This document shows positions 27,408-33,761 of a DNA stretch of 33,761 nt, one piece after another. The position numbers and the translations under genes were made by a program. Positions within the stretch are counted from its first letter, which is position 1. Every line of letters begins with the position of its first letter. This DNA is from a candidate division WOR-3 bacterium (GTDB lineage Bacteria > Hydrothermota > Tepidihabitantia > Tepidihabitantales > Tepidihabitantaceae): assembly GCA_965648905.1 (NCBI GenBank), contig CBFGIT010000028.1:1-33761 (forward strand). The letters are read 5' to 3'. The notes under the pieces were generated by a model that saw only the letters and a list, made by a program, of their open reading frames with translations, had not been told where the DNA came from and searched no databases.

Positions 27408-28190
27408 CTAGCGCACGAAAGCCAGGGCCGCCAGACCCACGGCCCACAGATAGAACCCAAACCGGTACAACCTGCCTCGGGTGACGGCACGCCGCAGCAG
27501 AAACAACGCCGCGGCGCCGGAGACAAAGGCAACCAGCGTCCCAAGAGCAAGTGCCGCAAGCCCGACCGAGCCGGCATCGAACCTGCGCAGCTCGAGCATG
27601 CTTCCGCCCAGCACCGCCGGAATCGAGAGCAGGAAAGAAAACTCGAACGCCTGCTCCGGGTCAAGGCCGGAGTAGATACCGGCACAGATGGTCGCGCCCG
27701 AACGCGAAATCCCAGGCAGCACTGCCACCGTCTGGGCGATGCCGATGAGCGCAGCTCTGCCCCATCCCAGACCACGCTGCGGTCGCGGCACGAACCGCGT
27801 GCCGAAAAGCCCTATCCCGGAAACAAGCAGCATCAGCGCCACAAAGACCGGTGACGAGAATGCCGCCTTGACTTGCTTCTCGAACACCAACCCGACGACC
27901 GCGGCCGGTATCGAAGCAGCTACAATGAACCCGACCAGTCGCCACCCGGCACGCCGTCGGTCTGGCGCGCGGGCAATGCAGTCCGCACCAATCCGGCCTA
28001 GACGCCGGGCAAAGAAGACCAGGACCGCGGCCGCCGTTCCCAGGTGGAGCATCGTCGTAAGAGGCAGACGCTGTGCCTCAGGGACGTGCCAGATGTGCTG
28101 GAGCAACGCCAGGTGTCCGGAGCTCGACACCGGCAGGAATTCGGTTGCACCCTGAAGCAGTCCCAGCCCCGCGGCCTCAATCAGGCTCAT
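27408..28190 (-). CDS. uppP: Undecaprenyl-diphosphate phosphatase
   Basis: QGATEFLPVSSSGHL, PGISRSGATI and FSFLLSIP. Confidence 0.95.
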   Translation of the reverse strand: MSLIEAAGLGLLQGATEFLPVSSSGHLALLQHIWHVPEAQRLPLTTMLHLGTAAAVLVFFARRLGRIGADCIARAPDRRRAGWRLVGFIVAASIPAAVVGLVFEKQVKAAFSSPVFVALMLLVSGIGLFGTRFVPRPQRGLGWGRAALIGIAQTVAVLPGISRSGATICAGIYSGLDPEQAFEFSFLLSIPAVLGGSMLELRRFDAGSVGLAALALGTLVAFVSGAAALFLLRRAVTRGRLYRFGFYLWAVGLAALAFVR

Positions 28191-28251
28191 GCCCGTCTCC
28201 TCTCAATATGCACTTTGTCTTCTCCGCTGCTTCGCCTGACCGGGCTTGCAC

Positions 28252-29889
28252 CTAAAAACTCACCTCATACAGGAAGTGAACCTTACCTCGCAGCGGGCTT
28301 TCCGACAGTGGGATTCCGTAATCCACGCCCAGTACCCCGGCTCGAGTCGCTGCCCGCACTCCCAAACCCCAGCCGGACACAAGTCGCCACCGGCCCCGGT
28401 CGTCACGGAACACGCCGCAATCAACGAAAGGGTAGACACGCGACTGCCGGTCCGGCAGGTAACGCAGCTCCGCCTTCGTGGTTCCGGTCCAGTTCGAGCT
28501 GAATTCACCATCCCGGTAGCCGCGCAGACTCCCCACGCCGCCAAGCTCGTACCGCTCATGGCGGCTCAATCGGGCTGAGGAGTAGACCATCCGCCCGACC
28601 AGGTCGCCGTACAGCACCAGCCGATTGCGCATCTGCACGACCCCAGCCAGTCCGGTCTCAGTCCGGCTGACCAGCCTGGCTCCGGTCGAATCCACGGCTC
28701 TGGTGCCGGCCCGCGTGCCGACCGAAAGCATCAGCCCGCCTGCCGGGTTGGCCGGATAGTCGCGTGTGTCGAAACGCAGCCCGGTCCCGACCCAGGTCGT
28801 CCGGGCGTCCAGTCGCTCGGTCGCATCGGTCACAAAGTCAAGTCCGGTCTCAACCGAAACCACCGGGCCGGGTCTGGTTGTCGCGGCCGCGACGAAAGCA
28901 AGCCCGGTCTTCGCAACCGTCGTGTCTTCGGTCTCGTGTCTGATACTGCCGGTGAGGTCGATGCCGGTGCCGAACACCCATGGTTCGGTGTAGCTCAGAT
29001 TGTAACCGGTTCGGGAATAGACCGAATGCCAACCTACCTCCAGCCGGCGACCGGTGTCAAACAGATTCGCGGCGCGAACCTGGGCCGAGCCCAGAAGCCG
29101 CCGCGCTGCCGGGTCGTAACCAACGCCGGCACTCGCTCGGTTGCTGCGCTCGGCCGTAACCCAGAATCTGAGACCGTAGGTTGAATCGCGCCGCACCACC
29201 GCCGCACTCTCCACCCGTACCAGACCGGAACGCTGAAGGCTCTGCTGACTGGCTGTGACCTCGGCCCGACTGAACCAGTCGGGTACGAACCGGGCGTGCT
29301 TCGCGAGCAGCGCCGGTCGTGTGCCCGGACTGCCGGTAAACTCCATGAAACTGAGCCAGACTCTGGGCCCGGACGCAATGTCGAGAGTCGGAAACACAAA
29401 AGGGATGCTCTCGCGCAGTGCCGTGCAGCGAACCTGAACAAAAGGATACCCTTGCGACTCGTACCAGCGCTCGCAGCGCCCGATGACCTGCTCGACGACC
29501 TGCGGCCCGAACCGAACCTGCCGACCGGGTAACTGGCGCCGAAGACCGGTCACGCTGTCGTCAGTCTCAAGAACCCAGCCGCCGCACCGCGCCTCAGGCC
29601 CACGGTCAATTCGGAAACGGACTTGCAGCCCCTCTTCGGCGAGAGACGTGTCAACCGTAACCGCGGACCAGAGATATCCCTGCTCGGCAAGCTGCCTCCT
29701 CAGCCGCACGTTGGCGTCAGCCAGCTCCTCGATGTCAACCGTATCGCCGACCCTGAGGCCGGGGTCAAGCACGGACCCGCGGCTGCGCGGTCGAGCGTCA
29801 ATCTCGACAGAACGCGCAACTCGGCCGCCGGTCGCCCAGACCAGATTCAGCAGGAGAATACCCAGCCCGGCCCAGCCCGGTCTCGGCAA
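28252..29889 (-). CDS. Omp85 (BamA/TamA) family outer-membrane protein
   Basis: POTRA-like GY motifs; NLFDTG, YTEPW, DTRD, LGGVGSLRGY and a terminal Phe. Confidence 0.85.
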   Translation of the reverse strand: MPRPGWAGLGILLLNLVWATGGRVARSVEIDARPRSRGSVLDPGLRVGDTVDIEELADANVRLRRQLAEQGYLWSAVTVDTSLAEEGLQVRFRIDRGPEARCGGWVLETDDSVTGLRRQLPGRQVRFGPQVVEQVIGRCERWYESQGYPFVQVRCTALRESIPFVFPTLDIASGPRVWLSFMEFTGSPGTRPALLAKHARFVPDWFSRAEVTASQQSLQRSGLVRVESAAVVRRDSTYGLRFWVTAERSNRASAGVGYDPAARRLLGSAQVRAANLFDTGRRLEVGWHSVYSRTGYNLSYTEPWVFGTGIDLTGSIRHETEDTTVAKTGLAFVAAATTRPGPVVSVETGLDFVTDATERLDARTTWVGTGLRFDTRDYPANPAGGLMLSVGTRAGTRAVDSTGARLVSRTETGLAGVVQMRNRLVLYGDLVGRMVYSSARLSRHERYELGGVGSLRGYRDGEFSSNWTGTTKAELRYLPDRQSRVYPFVDCGVFRDDRGRWRLVSGWGLGVRAATRAGVLGVDYGIPLSESPLRGKVHFLYEVSF

Positions 29890-29894
29890 CGATG

Positions 29895-30398
29895 CTAGCT
29901 CAGGAAAAGATACTGACGCCAGGCCTCAGGCACGGTACCGAGCGCGCTGACAGCAAAGGTGAAGTAATGCGGTTTGCGCGGCCGGCGGCGCAGGCTCATC
30001 ATCGCCTGGGCCGGAGTCCGATTACCCTTCTTGGCGTTGCAGTCCGGGCACGCACAGACCAGATTCTCCCACGTATCCCCGCCGTTCAGCGACTTGGGGA
30101 TGACGTGGTCGGTCGTCATTGCGCCCTGCCGCGTTCCGCAGTACTGGCATACCCCGCCGTCACGCCGCAGCACGTTACGCTTGGTCAGCGGCACGTCTCG
30201 ACGCTTGACCCGCACGTAGTAGTTGAGCCGGAGCACGCTCGGCAGCCGCAGCGCGGTTCGCACCGAGCGTGCCGTCATCCCCGAGCACTCAAGCATCTCG
30301 GCCTTTCGCGCGAGCACCAGCACCAGTGCCCGGCGCGCCTTGCACACCGACAGCGGCTCGAAATTCTGGTTCAGCAACAGAACCTGCTGGTCAAGCAT
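29895..30398 (-). CDS. HNH endonuclease (McrA-like, HNH_5)
   Basis: VLLLNQNFEPL, RDGGVCQYCG, DHVIPKS.GG..WENLVCAC..CNAKKGNRTP. Confidence 0.9.
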   Translation of the reverse strand: MLDQQVLLLNQNFEPLSVCKARRALVLVLARKAEMLECSGMTARSVRTALRLPSVLRLNYYVRVKRRDVPLTKRNVLRRDGGVCQYCGTRQGAMTTDHVIPKSLNGGDTWENLVCACPDCNAKKGNRTPAQAMMSLRRRPRKPHYFTFAVSALGTVPEAWRQYLFLS

Positions 30399-30404
30399 CG
30401 CCGG

Positions 30405-31589
30405 CTAGTTGTCCCGGACGAACAACTCCTTGTCAATCGCCTCGACGGTCTTATCAATATAGTCGTTCTGTGCCCGGGCGTATGACGAGTACGCCGGGTC
30501 CTGAGCACCCCGGGCGTAGTAGGACTTGGCTTCCTGATACAGTGCCTTGGCCGCCTTGAGCCTGGACACCGGCGTTGCCGCCAGATTCGTCCCGCGCTGC
30601 TTGTCTGCCGCCTGACGCCGGATGTCACCCAAGTCCATCCAGGCTTGCACCAGATCCGGGTTCAAAGCCAGGGCGCGGCGCAGACGAATCTCGGCTGCGC
30701 TGGTATTGCCCTGTTGGAGCAGCGCTTCACCCCAATACAAGTGATACTCGGCCTTGGTCGAGTCGCGCCTCACCAGGTCCTCAAACACGACCAGCGCCTG
30801 CTTGGTCTTCTGCTGCAGCATCAACACCGCCCCTTTGCGCAGCAGCGCGTCGCGGTTGTCCGGGTCACTTAGCAGCACGGTATCAAGCTGTGCCGCCGCC
30901 GCCGCGTAGTCCTTCAGTTCCAGCAGTACGTCCACCAGCCGCTGACGAAGCATCACGACGGTCGGAAACCGGGCAATGACCGGCCCAAGCGCGTCCGCAG
31001 CCTCACGAAAGCGCTTCTGCTTGTAGAGGAAATCAGCCCAGAGCCGCTGCACGTTCTGGTCGTCCGGGAAAAGACGCATCGCGGCCTTGAACATCGCCTC
31101 GGCATTGGCCCATTCGTTCTTGCGCACATAGACCTCGGCGGCCCCGTTATACAGGTCAACCAGAGTCGAGTCCTGCTTCAACCCGGAAAGATAGACGGCA
31201 AGGGCCGAATCCACCTGCCCCATGGAAAAATACAGGTCGCCCAGTCCTTCGTATGCCTTGGGCCGCTTCGGGTCCACCTTCAGCGCCTTACGGAACCAGA
31301 CTTCGGCCTCGCCTGCCTCCCGCTGTCGGCGATAGGTTGCCCCGACCGCGACGTAGGCCTCATAGAAAGTCGAGTCATGAACCAGGGCTTCCTTGAAGTT
31401 CTTCAACGCAGCCTCCAGGTCTCCCTGGGCAAAATACTGCTGGCCGATACTGTAACTCGCCTGGGCCTGCTCGCGGTGCGCCTTCAACTCCTCTTCCGAG
31501 GTCGGTTTCACGCTTTGAGAAGGTGCACAGGACAACGCGGCCAGCACGGCCGCGGCCCAGCCGAACGAAACGATTCTCGATGATTTCAA
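30405..31589 (-). CDS. TPR lipoprotein
   Basis: AGGAG RBS and TTG at 31589; lipobox-like LAALSC; multiple TPRs. The ORF-track start at 31703 lies inside the tRNA. Confidence 0.85.
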   Translation of the reverse strand: MKSSRIVSFGWAAAVLAALSCAPSQSVKPTSEEELKAHREQAQASYSIGQQYFAQGDLEAALKNFKEALVHDSTFYEAYVAVGATYRRQREAGEAEVWFRKALKVDPKRPKAYEGLGDLYFSMGQVDSALAVYLSGLKQDSTLVDLYNGAAEVYVRKNEWANAEAMFKAAMRLFPDDQNVQRLWADFLYKQKRFREAADALGPVIARFPTVVMLRQRLVDVLLELKDYAAAAAQLDTVLLSDPDNRDALLRKGAVLMLQQKTKQALVVFEDLVRRDSTKAEYHLYWGEALLQQGNTSAAEIRLRRALALNPDLVQAWMDLGDIRRQAADKQRGTNLAATPVSRLKAAKALYQEAKSYYARGAQDPAYSSYARAQNDYIDKTVEAIDKELFVRDN

Positions 31590-31636
31590 ACTACTACTCC
31601 TGACGGTATATGCTTGCGCCGTTGTCGACGGCAAGA

Positions 31637-31709
31637 TGGAGCCGACGGGAGTCGAACCCGTGACCTCTTGACTGCCAGTCAAGCGCGCTCCCAGCTGCGC
31701 CACGGCCCC
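31637..31709 (-). tRNA. tRNA-Ala(GGC), CCA not encoded
   Basis: GGGGCCG/CGGCTCC acceptor stem with G3-U70; anticodon arm CTTGA-CTGGCAG-TCAAG; T loop GTTCGAC. Confidence 0.97.
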
Positions 31710-32013
31710 GTTTGAACGTGCTAAGTGTCCCTGAAATCCGGCCGCAAGTCAAGCCCTGAACCTCCTCGCGTCCCTGCGCTGCGGGCGGCCCACACCGCGT
31801 ACCGACAACCCCGACCCACCGACACTCAGGCGCTGTCGCCGTACAATCCTCTGAACATGGTGCTCAACTATGGGCTGTCAATACAAGACTGGACGGCCAG
31901 GACCTGCCCGCTGGCAACGGCGTCTACTTCTGCAGACTGCAGGCTGGCGGCGGGTAGATGACGAGGAAGCCGGTGCTGCAGCAGTAGGGCAGGGAGTGAG
32001 GCAACGCGCGAGG

Positions 32014-32041
32014 TTGACGTGGTTCTGCCTGGCGGTAGACT
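32014..32041 (+). promoter_or_regulatory. sigma70-type promoter
   Basis: TTGACG-16 bp-TAGACT; overlaps the ORF-track start at 32019. Confidence 0.55.
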
Positions 32042-32060
32042 ATCGCGTGTAGAGACGACC

Positions 32061-33362
32061 GTGGAGACTTCCAGATTCCGGTTGATGCTCCTGGCCTGCT
32101 TCCTGCTGGCCGGCGGAGTGAGCTATGGCCAGTGGATTGAGGATTCGATTTGGGTGCCGGGCGCGTGCATGGACATACTCTACAACCCCCTGTCCAACAA
32201 GGTCTACGTCAGCCTGACAACAGACCAAGTCGTCGTGATTGACGCGGCGACGAACCAGGTCATCAACACCATCTCTGTTCCCGAACCCCAGGACTTGGCC
32301 CTGAACACCAACCTCAACAAGGTGTACTGCACCTCGGGTGAATGGGACCGGCTGACAGTGGTCGACGGTGTCGCGGATACGGTGGTCAAGGTCGTGAGCA
32401 CCCCGGGCTGGCCGTACCGGATGGTGTTCAACGCGGCGCTGAACAAGCTGTATGTCGCCTGCACCGATGCCGGGGCGGTGCGCGTCGTGGACGGGGCGCG
32501 GGATTCGTTGGTCAAAGCGGTCCGCGTCGGGTCGGAAGGACCGGAGTACATGCTGTGGCACCCGAATTCCAATAGGCTCTTCTGCTCGCTCCGCTATCAA
32601 GCCTCGGTCGTGGTCGTAGACTGCCTTCGCGACGAAATCGTCAGCTCGCGGCAGGCTCAGCTACCTCAGGCTTCGTGCTGGAATCGGGTCAACGACTTCG
32701 CCTACCTGTTGACCAAGGACACGATTTTCGCATTTACCCCGGCGGGCGACTCGGTCGTTGCCAGGATACCCGCGAACATTCACAACAACGGCATGGGCGC
32801 GTGCTTTGTCCCGTACCCAAACAAGATGTATGCTTTTGGAGGTGACCCGTACCGCAAGATTTTCGTGGTCGACTGCGGGTCTCAGACGGTAGTTGAGACC
32901 CTGACCAGCGGAGGTTCTTCTGGCAGCCTTCTTCTCGACAGCATTGCCGGCAAGGTCTATGCATCGGGAGCTGGAGTGCGCATCTTCGATGCCTGGGCAG
33001 ATACTTTGGTCGCGAGGTTCAGCCCCGGTCGCTACCCTTTTGGAATGACATGGAACTGGCGGAACCGGAGGGTCTACGTCGCGCATGCGATGGAAAGTTT
33101 CGTCTGCACGATCAGGGACACAGCGACCGCCGTCGCCGAGCCGTCCGCACCGACGGCGCGGCCGTCCGTGCCCATCGCGACGGTCATTCGTCGGGCTATC
33201 GTCTTGCGGGCCGGCGGACAGGCAGACCTGTTCGACCTCTCAGGACGGGCCGTCGCACGCTTGCGACCAGGCGCGAACGATGCACGCGGTCTGGCACTTG
33301 GCGTCTACTTCGTGCGTCTAGGGGATGATGCTCACACGGCCAAGGTTGTGATTAGCAGATAG
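32061..33362 (+). CDS. Secreted YncE/YVTN beta-propeller protein with T9SS-like C-terminal domain (start 32061 or 32085)
   Basis: Signal peptide; repeats NKVYV..VVVIDAATNQVI and NKLYVA..VRVVDG; C-terminal FDLSGR...GVYFVR...KVVISR. Confidence 0.85.
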   Translation: METSRFRLMLLACFLLAGGVSYGQWIEDSIWVPGACMDILYNPLSNKVYVSLTTDQVVVIDAATNQVINTISVPEPQDLALNTNLNKVYCTSGEWDRLTVVDGVADTVVKVVSTPGWPYRMVFNAALNKLYVACTDAGAVRVVDGARDSLVKAVRVGSEGPEYMLWHPNSNRLFCSLRYQASVVVVDCLRDEIVSSRQAQLPQASCWNRVNDFAYLLTKDTIFAFTPAGDSVVARIPANIHNNGMGACFVPYPNKMYAFGGDPYRKIFVVDCGSQTVVETLTSGGSSGSLLLDSIAGKVYASGAGVRIFDAWADTLVARFSPGRYPFGMTWNWRNRRVYVAHAMESFVCTIRDTATAVAEPSAPTARPSVPIATVIRRAIVLRAGGQADLFDLSGRAVARLRPGANDARGLALGVYFVRLGDDAHTAKVVISR

Positions 33363-33494
33363 CCTGCCTCTCCGGTTCGTGGTCTTGCTGCCGGAGGCGG
33401 CGGGCAGATGACGAATGACCATTGAGCGAGACCTGACGTAGCAGACGCTCACGTCTGCTCAACCGAGGCCCGGCAGGGCCTCAAGGAGGAGAAG

Positions 33495-33558
33495 ATGCTG
33501 AGAGCGAACCACGCAAGTTGGCTCGTAACGACAGCATTACTCGTTGCGGCAGCACTGC
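33495..33558 (+). pseudogene. 5' fragment of a secreted-protein gene interrupted by an IS
   Basis: AAGGAGG RBS, then MLRANHASWLVTTALLVAAAL (signal-peptide-like), which runs directly into the IS terminal repeat. Confidence 0.6.
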
Positions 33559-33761
33559 TGAAATGTTCCACAGAAAGTGAGACAGAATTGGCTTCTGATT
33601 TGGGGAGGGTTATGATAGCGTAGAAAGGCGATAGTGGACCAAGAACCAAGAGCTGCAAGACGGGCGTTCAGTCCGCAGGAGAAGCTGGAAATACTGCTGG
33701 AGGGCGCGACGACCGGCAACGTTGCCGAGGTCTGCCGCCGCCGTGGGTTGAGGGTCAGTAT
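33559..33761 (+). mobile_element. Left end of an IS3-family element; transposase OrfA from GTG 33634, truncated
   Basis: TG-start terminal repeat TGAAATGTTCCACAGAAAGTGAGACA; TATGAT -10; AAAGG RBS; RRAFSPQEKLEILLEG...NVAEVCRRRGL HTH motif. Confidence 0.72.

Noticed and set aside
31590..31703. N-terminal extension of the TPR ORF
   Set aside because: It overlaps tRNA-Ala; the RBS and lipoprotein signal support TTG 31589
31637..33761. tRNA-anchored integrative element
   Set aside because: No integrase and no duplicated tRNA 3' end within the window

Overview
GC-rich bacterial chromosomal segment. The diderm envelope genes (lolA, lspA, Omp85-family, TonB_C) and several secreted proteins with FlgD/T9SS-like C-terminal domains suggest an anaerobe near the FCB group, such as candidate division WOR-3 (inference only). 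Both ends run into what look like truncated IS elements: IS256-like on the left, and IS3-family on the right, where it interrupts a secreted-protein gene. Housekeeping content: lolA-thioesterase-rimO-DUF59-TauE/DsbD_2 operon, a TPR protein, etfB-etfA-hdrA-mvhD, lspA, a PASTA-TonB_C protein, two large secreted proteins, phzF-like, rimP-nusA-infB-DUF503, uppP, an Omp85 protein, an HNH nuclease, a TPR lipoprotein, tRNA-Ala(GGC) and a YncE-like beta-propeller. The most striking observation is the ~1 kb gap at 22018-23084. It holds a candidate ~730-nt minus-strand, multi-domain structured RNA with a sigma54-type promoter, candidate enhancer sites and a terminator. Its long helices have mismatches that resolve as G-U on the minus strand, and its loops carry duplicated SD-like and anti-SD/anti-AUG motifs. 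Other notable points are a recurrent 16-bp-spacer sigma70 promoter style with several apparently leaderless genes, a (TCTG)12 microsatellite, and a repeat-derived mini-ORF that bridges etfB and etfA.
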